Source: a virus
Virus record (IMG/VR): IMGVR_UViG_3300025000_000084
Span: 7,611 to 71,610 of that record
Length of the DNA stretch: 64,000 bases
Direction: 5' to 3' (one strand)
Below, one piece after another: positions 19,217 through 28,796 of this stretch. A program made the position numbers and the translations under genes. A model generated the notes under the pieces. The model saw nothing but the letters and a program-made list of their open reading frames with translations. It had not been told where the DNA came from and ran no database searches. Each line of letters starts with the position of its first letter. The first letter of the stretch is position 1.

Positions 19217-19480
19217 TCAATGCGAGTCAAGAGGCGTCGGTTTATCCTTCTTATGATGGCGTGTGGGATAGTAAATAATGATACTCTCAGCAGGAACACC
19301 ATTCTTTATAAAGTAGTCGTAATCCTCCTGTCTGAATGCCATGAGCTTGGGCGGTCTTTGCGAGTCTGGCATATTAAATATCTCTTTGGTCCACTCGACA
19401 AATGTTTCCTGAGTGATTGGTTCAGCATTTGGTGAGTACTCGACCATCACCGTCTCCTCTGGAGTCAGCGGCTCCGGCAT
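19217..19480 (-). CDS. Hypothetical protein
   Basis: 87-aa ORF in the minus-strand operon. Confidence 0.55.
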   Translation of the reverse strand: MPEPLTPEETVMVEYSPNAEPITQETFVEWTKEIFNMPDSQRPPKLMAFRQEDYDYFIKNGVPAESIIIYYPTRHHKKDKPTPLDSH

Positions 19481-19498
19481 ACTACCCCATTGTGAGAT

Positions 19499-19666
19499 CT
19501 ACATATTGATGATAGCTTCGGCTATATCCTTCTGATATCTCCTTTCGCCCCGTTCAAGCCTCCACCATTGGATCCGGTGCCGGATCCCACTGAGCCATGG
19601 CAGTGCATACCATAGGATAACGGTAAACGCCAAGACGATTGCGATAATTGCGAGTGCTGTTTTCAT
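19499..19666 (-). CDS. Small membrane protein (55 aa, not in the ORF track)
   Basis: MKTALAIIAIVLAFTVILWYALPW..., ATGA overlap with the upstream ORF. Confidence 0.55.
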   Translation of the reverse strand: MKTALAIIAIVLAFTVILWYALPWLSGIRHRIQWWRLERGERRYQKDIAEAIINM

Positions 19667-19794
19667 TTCCTTCTGTTTTTGATTATTGTTTGTGCATCTT
19701 CATCCACCTCCTGCAGGAACTTGCACAGCCTGGTCGCACCGTCATACAGCGCAACCAGGTAGGCAAGGACCACTATGATGATAAAGAGTGTCAT
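19663..19794 (-). CDS. Small membrane protein (43 aa, not in the ORF track)
   Basis: MTLFIIIVVLAYLVALYD..., ATGA overlaps at both ends. Confidence 0.55.
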   Translation of the reverse strand: MTLFIIIVVLAYLVALYDGATRLCKFLQEVDEDAQTIIKNRRK

Positions 19795-19925
19795 TTCTTT
19801 GGTGCATCATGTGGCTTTTCAACCGCCTTGCTCTGCTTGATCATCCCGGCCTCTATTGCCTTCCTGGTTGTCACCGGCTCCCCGGAGACAATATACCCTA
19901 CAAAGGGGCGTTTCTTTTCAGTCAT
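19791..19925 (-). CDS. Small hypothetical protein (44 aa, not in the ORF track)
   Basis: MTEKKRPFVGYIVSGE..., overlaps both neighbours. Confidence 0.5.
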   Translation of the reverse strand: MTEKKRPFVGYIVSGEPVTTRKAIEAGMIKQSKAVEKPHDAPKK

Positions 19926-20244
19926 GGTTAATGCGCTTTAGTAATACTACTCTCCGGCCGCGTTCATAATCACAATAGGGATCCTTGGTGAACCGTCCTT
20001 TCTCATCCCGCACCTGGACTGCATAGGATCCGGGCATGTCGGGCAGTCCCTCACACATAGCATCCAGCTCCTCCATGAGCTTTACATACCTCTTCTGCCA
20101 CCATGCCGGGGCGCTCTGAAGGATTGACCTGGGTAACACCTGGTATGAGGCGTATGACAGTCCAAAGAACATGTGGACCGGATCTTGCTCTTTGTAGATC
20201 CATGCTACCGGTAATTCTTCTTTCTTTGTGCTTTTCACTTCCAT
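19918..20244 (-). CDS. Hypothetical phage protein
   Basis: 108 aa with an FGLSYASYQVLPRSILQS motif; operon context. Confidence 0.65.
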   Translation of the reverse strand: MEVKSTKKEELPVAWIYKEQDPVHMFFGLSYASYQVLPRSILQSAPAWWQKRYVKLMEELDAMCEGLPDMPGSYAVQVRDEKGRFTKDPYCDYERGRRVVLLKRINHD

Positions 20245-20630
20245 AGTTTCATTGATTTGCGAAAGGCTTTAAATGTCATATCCGTAAGCCATCCTACATG
20301 ATAAGCCAGGTTCTCTGTATCATCAAGGTTGGATTTTATTCCCCTGTCATTAAAGATGCTACAAATGCAGTGAATACATTCGTGTGCCATTGTCCCGACC
20401 GTGGCATTAGGTGACATCAGCAAATACATGTCACTGAAGCCCACCCTAAAGGTCATCGCATCAGTATGATCCTGCAAGTCCTGATCCGGATAATCCTTCA
20501 CCCAACCAGATATGCCGGCGTTCTCAACATAGGAGTTTGGATCCTCGGTTATCACGATATAGATATCAGCCTCAAACACCTCAAGGGTTACCTTCTCAAC
20601 AAATGACTTGGGCTTCTTTATCTTTGACAT
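20235..20630 (-). CDS. Putative zincin-like metallopeptidase
   Basis: AHECIH followed by ENLAY. Confidence 0.65.
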   Translation of the reverse strand: MSKIKKPKSFVEKVTLEVFEADIYIVITEDPNSYVENAGISGWVKDYPDQDLQDHTDAMTFRVGFSDMYLLMSPNATVGTMAHECIHCICSIFNDRGIKSNLDDTENLAYHVGWLTDMTFKAFRKSMKLWK

Positions 20631-20643
20631 TGTTGTACACTTT

Positions 20644-21018
20644 TTAGTTTTCCGGAATATCATAATCTACTGCATTAGCAAAGTCAGGCTCAAACGATCC
20701 CTTTTTGCAGGGGATCTCCATAATTATTTCATCTGTTACATGACAATAACCATATCCAATCCCGCTGTTCTGGCAGAAGTCATGCGCAAGGCTTTTCGAC
20801 AGGGCAGGGATATTCGGACCTCCGTATGTGGTCAGTTCACCCGTAATAGGGCTGATTGCGTATATCTCGGCCATCACTATGGTTGACTTGAACTTGGGAT
20901 TGATAGCCGGAGCCTTCTTCCGCTTCCTCTCTTCCCTGTTCATCCTCCGCACGATCTTGTCAAGTTGCTTCATAAACCAATCATGCGTGTTGGGTCCCAT
21001 GCTTATTCCGTAGCTCAT
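20644..21018 (-). CDS. Hypothetical protein
   Basis: 124-aa ORF with ATGA coupling. Confidence 0.55.
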   Translation of the reverse strand: MSYGISMGPNTHDWFMKQLDKIVRRMNREERKRKKAPAINPKFKSTIVMAEIYAISPITGELTTYGGPNIPALSKSLAHDFCQNSGIGYGYCHVTDEIIMEIPCKKGSFEPDFANAVDYDIPEN

Positions 21019-21440
21019 AACATCATTCCAGATCTGATCTGTTCCAGGTTTGACACACCAAAGTCTTTGAACAATTCCTTTATCATAAGGTCACATAACT
21101 TCATGGCTATGGAGTTGGCTACCGCCTGGTTACCGTAAGCGTTGGTGTCTATGATATCCCTGCGGGAGACTTGGCCCTTTAACTCGCAGGACCTTCCATT
21201 GAAGGTGAACTTTGCAATGAAATCTATGGCATCAATGGCCGGTCCTCTAACAAGGTAGAGCACGACAGCATTCATGGTGTTGTCCTTAACGGTCACAGAT
21301 CTGATGATGTTCTGCAGGGTCTTTTCCTGCATCTCATTCAGAAGTGCAACACTCTCGTCTGTCGGTGCCCTCTTAATGGTGACACTCTTTTCATACGGGA
21401 CCATCTCTCTCTCGTAAATAATCGTATTCTTTCCAAACAT
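21015..21440 (-). CDS. Hypothetical phage protein
   Basis: 141 aa with a RAPTDESVALLNEM motif; operon context. Confidence 0.6.
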   Translation of the reverse strand: MFGKNTIIYEREMVPYEKSVTIKRAPTDESVALLNEMQEKTLQNIIRSVTVKDNTMNAVVLYLVRGPAIDAIDFIAKFTFNGRSCELKGQVSRRDIIDTNAYGNQAVANSIAMKLCDLMIKELFKDFGVSNLEQIRSGMML

Positions 21441-21452
21441 TGTCTTTCAGTT

Positions 21453-21875
21453 TTAAAGTTCAGCTTCAAAAATCAGTTCATCAATCCAGCACTCATCCGG
21501 AAGGAGCAGGGTGATGCCGAGAATGATCTGCGCCTCTGCCCGGATCTTCAATACATAGTCCATCATCTCTTTGTTATCGGTCTTGGTGGTGGATCTCACC
21601 CCCGAGACAAACTCCCATGCCCTGAGCTCGTTGTTGTACTCGAAGTCATACCGCCAGTTGAACTTGCGCTTGCACTCCTCATGGACCTCCTCGGCAGTAT
21701 GCCCGGTCAGCAAACTCAGCGGACCGTAGATGAATCCCCAGAGGTATGCATTGAAGTCTATGGTCCGGTCCGGGTAAATGTCCTTTACCGCCACCTTAAA
21801 CGGTAGTCTGCGCTGCTTGATCTCTGCGATCAGCTTGTCGCGCTGGCTGTTGTTCCGGATGACGGCAAAGTCCAT
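21453..21875 (-). CDS. NinB/Orf-like recombination accessory protein
   Basis: RTIDFNAYLWG...HEECK...RSTT...MMDYVLKI...GITL pattern, adjacent to ssb. Confidence 0.6.
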   Translation of the reverse strand: MDFAVIRNNSQRDKLIAEIKQRRLPFKVAVKDIYPDRTIDFNAYLWGFIYGPLSLLTGHTAEEVHEECKRKFNWRYDFEYNNELRAWEFVSGVRSTTKTDNKEMMDYVLKIRAEAQIILGITLLLPDECWIDELIFEAEL

Positions 21876-21900
21876 AATATGCAGATAATCAGTTAATTAA

Positions 21901-22326
21901 TTAAAAAGGTAAATCATCCGGTGGCGCTATCGGAGGCACTGCATCAGGAGGGGTTGCTTCATCCTGGATGACGGGGTACTGGTCCTTTGCTCCGGCCTCT
22001 GCTGGCCATGATAGGAAGGTGATCTCTGAGGCAATGATCTCGGTCCGGTTCTTCTTTGCCCCGGTGTTCTTATCCTCCCAGGTCCGGGTTTCGATCTCGC
22101 CTACAACCGCGAGCTTCATCCCCTTGCGGAGGTACTTTTCAATGGTCTGGGCCCTCTTATCCCATGCGACAATGTTATGCCACTCGGTCTTTGTCTGCTT
22201 TACACCGTGCTTGTCGGTCCAGCTCTTACTTGTCGCAAGGCTGAAGGTTGCTACCGGCTTACCGTTATCCAGGTACTTGACATCAGGTTCTTGGCCCACA
22301 TTTCCAATCAAAATTGCTTGATTCAT
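21901..22326 (-). CDS. ssb: Single-stranded DNA-binding protein
   Basis: MNQAILIGNVGQEP...FSLAT...TEWHNIVAW and C-terminal DDLPF. Confidence 0.97.
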   Translation of the reverse strand: MNQAILIGNVGQEPDVKYLDNGKPVATFSLATSKSWTDKHGVKQTKTEWHNIVAWDKRAQTIEKYLRKGMKLAVVGEIETRTWEDKNTGAKKNRTEIIASEITFLSWPAEAGAKDQYPVIQDEATPPDAVPPIAPPDDLPF

Positions 22327-22330
22327 ATTA

Positions 22331-22843
22331 TTAACTCCTTTTAAGTTTCACAATTACATCTATTTCAAAGCCTATGTGCGAGATGACATCGGCTATCAGC
22401 TCGTCACCCGTCTTGACCGGAGGCTTGGTACTCTTTGCCGGCTTTATGCCCTTGGGTGGATTCTTCTTCGTCTTGGGCTTTTCAACACGGAGCTCCCTGA
22501 GCCTTCTGTTAATCTCTTCGGCAGGGATGAAAACCGTCTTGTGATGAACAATACCCTCGGAGGGTTTCGGTAATACTTCTTCCGGCTCTTGGTCGGGCTT
22601 TAACTCTATCACTTTCATATCAGTAGGCTTGTACTCTTTCAGCGGTAGCCCGGAGTGATACCATTCGTGCATTTTCACCCATGCTACCTCGGGGCACTTG
22701 TCAAACTGCTCATGCTTTTTGATCATGCTCAGATAAGCGGGGTTGATGCCAAGGTTCTTTGCAGCTTGGACATTCATCAGGTTTTCTGTCTCGATTGCCA
22801 GTATTACTTTCGCGGCAATCTTTTCTTTTGTTTGCGGGTTCAT
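22331..22843 (-). CDS. HTH-containing hypothetical protein
   Basis: QAAKNLGINPAYLSMIK is HTH-like. Confidence 0.55.
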   Translation of the reverse strand: MNPQTKEKIAAKVILAIETENLMNVQAAKNLGINPAYLSMIKKHEQFDKCPEVAWVKMHEWYHSGLPLKEYKPTDMKVIELKPDQEPEEVLPKPSEGIVHHKTVFIPAEEINRRLRELRVEKPKTKKNPPKGIKPAKSTKPPVKTGDELIADVISHIGFEIDVIVKLKRS

Positions 22844-23244
22844 TTTGCGGCCTCCTTGTTTTTGGATTTATTTGATTTTAAGCGGTCATAATTAAGCTGT
22901 GTCATTCTATTGCTTGTCACAACAGCAATAGAAGCCTCAAGCCTCTGCATGTAATTCATCCGCGGGAGTGCTTTCAGCCGGACGAGCATCGCGATCTCCT
23001 TGGAGTTTACCTCATTGATACCTCCCCCGCTGTTACGCATGATGTAATAGGTCCGGTTATCCCTGGCATTCTTGACCTTTGCCCTCTCTATTGCTGAGTC
23101 AATCATCCGTTGGTCCCGGAGCACATCACGCCTTGCCCGGCGCTGCTTGAACCTCTCAATCCATGCTAACTTCTGGTATGTGGACCACTCCTTCCAATCT
23201 ACTGTGACCCTCTGCAGGAAATCCTGTAAATAGTTTTTTGCCAT
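22840..23244 (-). CDS. Hypothetical basic protein
   Basis: 134-aa ORF with ATGA coupling. Confidence 0.6.
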   Translation of the reverse strand: MAKNYLQDFLQRVTVDWKEWSTYQKLAWIERFKQRRARRDVLRDQRMIDSAIERAKVKNARDNRTYYIMRNSGGGINEVNSKEIAMLVRLKALPRMNYMQRLEASIAVVTSNRMTQLNYDRLKSNKSKNKEAAK

Positions 23245-23246
23245 GG

Positions 23247-23495
23247 TTATTTATTAAAGTGTTTTGCGTACTGTGCTTTTACATACTCTCTCTCATCTAC
23301 CCCTTCGACATAGATCACCAGCCGTCCATTAACTCCCACATCAGGCTTTACTATCCCTTCGGAATACAGCTCATTGAGAGCTTCGGTGGTATCCGCGCCA
23401 AACAAGTGCATGAGGTTTGCCAAATAGATATTTGGCCAGCGGGTCTTACTGTATTCCTGTTCAAGGTATTCCCGGATTTTCTCTTTCGTTGTCAT
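23247..23495 (-). CDS. Hypothetical protein (winged-helix-like)
   Basis: MTTKEKIREYL...ALNELYSEGIV; likely start overlaps the terL stop. Confidence 0.55.
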   Translation of the reverse strand: MTTKEKIREYLEQEYSKTRWPNIYLANLMHLFGADTTEALNELYSEGIVKPDVGVNGRLVIYVEGVDEREYVKAQYAKHFNK

Positions 23496-25498
23496 ATCGT
23501 TGCTTCGGTTATTTTTCTGTTGCCTGTACGGTTGGTCCTGGGCTTGATCTCCTGGGGTAATGGCAGGCACTTATAACAGCCCCATACCCCGATTGCTGTT
23601 GTCATCACAATGTCATCATGGCACCCTTCCACAGCACCATACCTCCCGTTGGGCTTGGTCTCATAGGTATCCATCTCATCACATGCCCTGGCATCAGTCT
23701 CGACATACAGATCATCGCGCATGATCCCATTGAGGAAGTCAATGACCATTGGCTTGGTCTGGGCGTTGGTATGAAACCCGTATCTCAGAGGAAGGCCCTG
23801 CCGTATCTTCTCCTGGTCGGTCCGGGCATAGATATTCGGATAGAACTTAACAACCTCATCAATGATGGTGAGGAAGTGATCCCCCTCGGACTCAATGGAG
23901 TTGCGGTCAAAGGAGTTGGACTCCGGGATGAACATGGCATTGTTATAGATCTTGCATATCTGCACTCCCTTCCAGGCGAGTAGGTCCTGATCAATGTGCG
24001 AACGCCATGTAGCAATAGCCGTAGGTGTGCCTCCGTCACTCATCCAGTAGCGGTCAAAGACACGGATCACCGAGTAGTCGGCATCCTTTGTACGACCTCC
24101 GATATCCATTGATACAACATACCGGTCAGCGATATTGACTGACTTATCCGGCATCTCCCATATCTGAAAGTTGCCCCGGTCATTTTCATTGAGCACAATA
24201 TCCTCGAGCGCATCCTTACCCCTCTGGCTCCGGCCGGCAATCTCCCCGGTGAATATGGGCTTGCAGTTCCCCTTGCGTAGTCTCTCGACATAGGCCGGGC
24301 TGAATACCCTGGCACCGGAGGCCTGAAAGCTCTCCTGCCATGTAGAGGGGTATTCTTCGTGCATGCGCCAATCATCATAATTCTCCCCGCGCTTGGTCTC
24401 GAAATACCACTTGATACCTTCCAATGTTGCACCCAGGGACCACAGGTAAGAGGCGTAAGTATCCGACTGCATCCACTTGATGAACTTGGCATAGTCCTGT
24501 ATATCCTGTTGGTATAGCTCGATCTCGAACCATGGAACGAAGATTGGAGCATAGGAGCTCTTACCCTCCATTGCTGACAGCCATTCCCGGTGAAAGAAGT
24601 TTCCCACACCCTTTGCTGTGGACTCGATCACAATCATCGAATACGGCACGTTTGACACGGCAGCACGGACACTCTGAGCAAGGTCCTCGGCTGACCGCTG
24701 TTCGGTGGAACGCCAGAAGGCAACCTCCGAAAGATGACACATTGCCAGGTCAAAGGTCCTTATGCTGTTGGGCTGTTGTGATGAGCCTATAATAATATTG
24801 TTTCCCCTCTCGACAAGTTGCCTGTTCTTGGTGGATCCCTCAAACGGAGCGAGATCGAAGGTGCCGAAAGCCTGCGGATACTTGCGGACCAGCCGCGAAT
24901 ACATCGCCCGGATGTTACGGGCCTGGTCCTCTACTTCGGTGACAATAGCAGAGTGCCATCCTGTCTTATGGATTATCTGGAACCACGACATGTAGATCTG
25001 AACCAATGTCGAGCCACCCCACTGCCGGGCCTTGTCAATGATGATACGGATAGGTACCTCGGCAAGGCGCATCTGCTCGAGCTTGACCAGCACCCTATAC
25101 CTCTGCGGCCAGTTCAGCTTAAAGGGAATGATCTGCTTTGTCTTTTTGTCCGTTATCCTCGCGCAAGTGACGGCCCAGAACTCAAAGTCATGCCGGAATC
25201 GCTGCTCGGTAAAGTCACTGAGGAACCGGTTGACGGTTGCAGGATTGGCATTTTGTCCGGTGGCCTCAAGGAGTTTCTCAATACTATGGTGTGACTCAAT
25301 GGCATCAATGAGATCCTTATTCTCCTGGTACATGGTCTGAGGTATGCCCCAGGTGACCGTATGACCACCAACTTCAAATATGATGGTACGCCTGGGGATG
25401 GGAGAGCCTATGCCCGTTGTCGGATCATAAGGAGCGAAGAGGACCTTCCGGCGCTTTTCGTTCTCCCGCAGGATAGTATTGACTGCGGCATCGGTCAT
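23492..25498 (-). CDS. terL: Terminase large subunit
   Basis: FKLNWPQ, KARQWGGST (Walker A), HLSEVAFW (Walker B), ESTAKG, nuclease motifs MDIGG...DYS and HDDIVM. Confidence 0.95.
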   Translation of the reverse strand: MTDAAVNTILRENEKRRKVLFAPYDPTTGIGSPIPRRTIIFEVGGHTVTWGIPQTMYQENKDLIDAIESHHSIEKLLEATGQNANPATVNRFLSDFTEQRFRHDFEFWAVTCARITDKKTKQIIPFKLNWPQRYRVLVKLEQMRLAEVPIRIIIDKARQWGGSTLVQIYMSWFQIIHKTGWHSAIVTEVEDQARNIRAMYSRLVRKYPQAFGTFDLAPFEGSTKNRQLVERGNNIIIGSSQQPNSIRTFDLAMCHLSEVAFWRSTEQRSAEDLAQSVRAAVSNVPYSMIVIESTAKGVGNFFHREWLSAMEGKSSYAPIFVPWFEIELYQQDIQDYAKFIKWMQSDTYASYLWSLGATLEGIKWYFETKRGENYDDWRMHEEYPSTWQESFQASGARVFSPAYVERLRKGNCKPIFTGEIAGRSQRGKDALEDIVLNENDRGNFQIWEMPDKSVNIADRYVVSMDIGGRTKDADYSVIRVFDRYWMSDGGTPTAIATWRSHIDQDLLAWKGVQICKIYNNAMFIPESNSFDRNSIESEGDHFLTIIDEVVKFYPNIYARTDQEKIRQGLPLRYGFHTNAQTKPMVIDFLNGIMRDDLYVETDARACDEMDTYETKPNGRYGAVEGCHDDIVMTTAIGVWGCYKCLPLPQEIKPRTNRTGNRKITEATI

Positions 25499-25695
25499 TA
25501 ATGCTTCTTCAGGTGAGCGACAATGACCTTCCCCACGTATTCAGCGGAGTAGTTCAGCCTGTCGGCCACTTCAGTGTAGAGATATTGCTTTGACAAATGA
25601 GGCCCTTTGCTTCCGTTCTCGGATAGCACTTTTTCATACTCACGAAATATGGCCTCTCGCCTTGCCGATGCGTTATCGCTTGGGTTAGGGTTCAT
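25498..25695 (-). CDS. Small HTH-like protein upstream of terL
   Basis: Likely start MNPNPSD...; LYTEVADRLNYSAEYVGKVI; TAATG coupling to terL. Confidence 0.55.
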   Translation of the reverse strand: MNPNPSDNASARREAIFREYEKVLSENGSKGPHLSKQYLYTEVADRLNYSAEYVGKVIVAHLKKH

Positions 25696-25833
25696 GGATA
25701 CTGCGTTTGTGTTGTAAAAATAAGATTTATTATCCGCTATCTGCACCTTAATATCCGTGGAGTTTTGCACACTAATAATAGATTTGATGGTGAATAAATG
25801 CCACAGAAGTGCAGTATTAACAAATAACACAGT

Positions 25834-26862
25834 ATGAGCGAATCAGGATCAAGTAGTAGTGCCGCAGCAAGCACCGCAGGCGCAACAGCCGCAGGGACAC
25901 CCGCTTCTTCAAGCGAGTCCTCGGCCCCGCGTAGCGATGCCGCAGCTGAGACTGCCTCTAAGCCCACTCCTACTAAGGAGGCTGAGAAGGCAGAGCCAAC
26001 GGCAGAAAAGAAACCAACACCCGAGAAGGCAGAGGCAGTTGATAAAAAAGAGAAAGCCACTGACCAGAAAGAGAGCCAGGACACAGATAAGCCGGCAGAA
26101 GAGAAGCAGGCCAAGGAGGAGAAAAAGGAAGTACCACCTCACCGTTATGCCGACCGGCTTGCAACGGCTTTCCCGGACCGCAAGTATGAGAAGGCCGAGG
26201 ATTATGACACGGCCATGGATGAATACCTTGGCAACCTCGAGGGGTATCACAAGAGAGGACAGGAGGCAAACAAGAAGCTCATTCACCTCTTTGACTCCGA
26301 GCCCCAGGTGGGAGATATAGTCCGTGACATGATTGCCGGTGCAACCTTCCGCGAGGCTATGGCAAGGCATATCTCCCCGGATGACCTCACGGCCATCGAG
26401 GGTGATCCCGACTTCGAGGGATGGAAGAAGAATGCCAAGGAACGCGATGAGAAAGCTGCCAAGCGCAAGGAACGCCAGCAGATGTACTCAGAGAATTTAA
26501 CCGTATCACAGAAGGAGATATCGGCATGGGCCAAGGAAAACAACCTTGACGAGAAATCCGTGGACGGATTGCTGACAGAGATTGATACTCTATTGGAGGA
26601 TCTCAATAACGGGAAGATCACAAAGAAGGCTCTCACAAGAATGATGAAGGCCTTTACTTACGAAAAAGATATTGCAGCTGCCCGGGAAGAGGCGAAGATT
26701 GCGACCCGCAATGAAGAGATAGTGGCTAAGAAAGAATCACCGGAGAAATCCGGTGACGGGTTGCCACGACCAACTAAGGCCGCAAGCCCACCGAAACAGG
26801 AGGTAGCTGAGGATTATTTCACGGGACTCTCACGCCGTATTAAAGAGCGCGAGATTACTTAA
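25834..26862 (+). CDS. Probable capsid scaffolding protein
   Basis: Low-complexity S/A/E/K N-terminus, helical body, immediately before the major capsid gene. Confidence 0.7.
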   Translation: MSESGSSSSAAASTAGATAAGTPASSSESSAPRSDAAAETASKPTPTKEAEKAEPTAEKKPTPEKAEAVDKKEKATDQKESQDTDKPAEEKQAKEEKKEVPPHRYADRLATAFPDRKYEKAEDYDTAMDEYLGNLEGYHKRGQEANKKLIHLFDSEPQVGDIVRDMIAGATFREAMARHISPDDLTAIEGDPDFEGWKKNAKERDEKAAKRKERQQMYSENLTVSQKEISAWAKENNLDEKSVDGLLTEIDTLLEDLNNGKITKKALTRMMKAFTYEKDIAAAREEAKIATRNEEIVAKKESPEKSGDGLPRPTKAASPPKQEVAEDYFTGLSRRIKEREIT

Positions 26863-26884
26863 TTATTAACCATTTTAATCACTA

Positions 26885-28267
26885 ATGACAGAGATGAAAA
26901 ACTCGAACCTTTTTAATATCGGCTTTAAGCTGTTCGGAGTGCTGTTTATGATGGCTCTCCTTTCGGCTTTCTCACATATCGCAGCCGCATCAGGTGTTGT
27001 CGTTGCTCTTACCGGGGCTGTTGTCACCGGTGCAGCTGACGGAACCGGTGCTGTTACGGTTGAGGCTACAAAAGCAGGCTCCGCTGACCTGGATATGGAT
27101 TATGTGTCCAAGTTGGTTACTCAGATGCGACCGGCCGCTACGCCGTTGGATACTATCATGCGTCAGATACGCAAGGCTACATCAATGAAATCATTTGTCA
27201 GCGAGTATTACGCTGTTGACAGCCGTCCTCTTTATGACACGGTTGCCACTGCTTATACTCATTCTGGTGATGGTGCTCTCTCCACTGACCTGGTTGTGGC
27301 TAATGTTTCTATGTGGACAGCAGATGATATGGCGATGTTCTACGGTGTTACCGGAAGTGACTCACTGGACCTTGTTTGCTTTGTTGTGTCCAAGAATGCC
27401 TCGGCCAACACTATCAAGATCCAACCTCTTAACGGAAACGCAGGATCGGGAACAACTGCCGGAGAAATAATTCTTCCGACCATACCTATCAGCGGGAGGA
27501 TTGTTCGCCTCGGCTCATGTAAGAATGAGCTCGATGCACAGACCTCTCCTTATGCTATCCTGCCTGTGAAGGCCTACAACTATGTGCAGCGTTTCATGGC
27601 ACAGGTTGAAGAATCAACCTTCCAGAGGATACATGCTAAGGAAGTGGATTGGGGCTTTACGGATTACGAAGCTCAGAACATCTATGACATGAAGGCTACC
27701 ATGGAGCAGTCCTTCCTGTTTGGCGTTCGCGCCAAGTTTGACGATGTGACCAATAACAAGGAAAGATATTCTACCGGTGGTATCACCAGGTTCATATCCA
27801 AAGCCCTTGAGTATGGCACCGGAGGCACAGACCGCACCATTGACAATCATACCTTTGTAGATTGGACTCAATCAGTTTTTGCTGGTAACAGTGGAGCCGA
27901 CACCCGCTATCTCTTCGGAGGTAATGGCCTGATGGCAAACCTTATGAAGGTTGACACGGTTATCAAACAGATTGAAGCCAAGCAGACCTTGGTTAAGTTC
28001 GGCCTCACCTTCAAGGAGATTGAGACCAACTTCGGCCGTCTGTTGTTCTACCATCACCCGCTGCTTGATCAGGCAGGATGGGCTGATAGAGGTATAATCC
28101 TTGACCTTAACTACATCGAGAAACACACCTTTGTACCCCTGAGCTCGAAGAAACTCGACCTCAAAACATCAGGACAGAGGAACGTTGATGCAGTTGTCAT
28201 CGAGGAGACTACCGGTGTAATCTGCCGTTATCCCGACACTCACGCCATCATCAAGCCTAAGGCGTAA
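26885..28267 (+). CDS. Major capsid protein (SU10/DUF5309-like) with hydrophobic N-terminal extension
   Basis: PAATPLDTIMR, NYVQRF, MEQSFLFG, TGGI, ETNFGRL...HHPLL; follows the scaffold gene. Confidence 0.85.
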   Translation: MTEMKNSNLFNIGFKLFGVLFMMALLSAFSHIAAASGVVVALTGAVVTGAADGTGAVTVEATKAGSADLDMDYVSKLVTQMRPAATPLDTIMRQIRKATSMKSFVSEYYAVDSRPLYDTVATAYTHSGDGALSTDLVVANVSMWTADDMAMFYGVTGSDSLDLVCFVVSKNASANTIKIQPLNGNAGSGTTAGEIILPTIPISGRIVRLGSCKNELDAQTSPYAILPVKAYNYVQRFMAQVEESTFQRIHAKEVDWGFTDYEAQNIYDMKATMEQSFLFGVRAKFDDVTNNKERYSTGGITRFISKALEYGTGGTDRTIDNHTFVDWTQSVFAGNSGADTRYLFGGNGLMANLMKVDTVIKQIEAKQTLVKFGLTFKEIETNFGRLLFYHHPLLDQAGWADRGIILDLNYIEKHTFVPLSSKKLDLKTSGQRNVDAVVIEETTGVICRYPDTHAIIKPKA

Positions 28268-28280
28268 ATCATATGGTATT

Positions 28281-28313
28281 GACCTCGGGAGTGCATGAGG
28301 CGCTCCCCTGGTC
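28281..28313 (+). promoter_or_regulatory. Stem-loop after the capsid gene (mRNA stabiliser or attenuator)
   Basis: GACC..GGGAGTGC-ATGAG-GCGCTCCC..GGTC, with no strong T tract. Confidence 0.45.
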
Positions 28314-28343
28314 CTTACCTATTATAAATAAACACTAATAATC

Positions 28344-28793
28344 ATGGGTTACAGGAAAATTTATCAATCACTCCATTACAAAGATCTCGACACGTATGTC
28401 GTTGTGAATGGACAAAAAGTACTGATCCAGTTCCGCGGAGGTAGTTTGCAACCGAAAGTAAACGGAAAATTCACCACCACCGACCAGGATCTTGTCAAAG
28501 CCATGGACTCAGACAGCGGTCTTAATACGAGTTTCAAGTGCATCTACTCTGAGAAGATAGCAGAGGAGAAGCCACGCTACACAGCGGAAGATGAAGCTAC
28601 TCTGGATGCTCCGGAAGAAAAGCCCGAAGAGACCAAGAACGAGTTTACCAAGGTCCCGGGGATAAAAACCATTCAGGCCGCAAGGACCTACATAGTGGAA
28701 AACTTTGGGATCCCGGCCTCTAAGATGCTTAACGGAGTTGCCGTTAAGGAGTATGCCGCAGAGAAGAAAATAGTCTTTGTTGACTTACCGTAA
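28344..28793 (+). CDS. Hypothetical head-associated protein
   Basis: 149 aa, directly after the capsid gene. Confidence 0.6.
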   Translation: MGYRKIYQSLHYKDLDTYVVVNGQKVLIQFRGGSLQPKVNGKFTTTDQDLVKAMDSDSGLNTSFKCIYSEKIAEEKPRYTAEDEATLDAPEEKPEETKNEFTKVPGIKTIQAARTYIVENFGIPASKMLNGVAVKEYAAEKKIVFVDLP

Positions 28794-28796
28794 GCA

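Noticed and set aside
25729-25760. TATCCG repeats as DnaA-box-like sites for the phage DnaA-IV protein
   Set aside because: Only a partial match to TTATCCACA and too short to support a claim.
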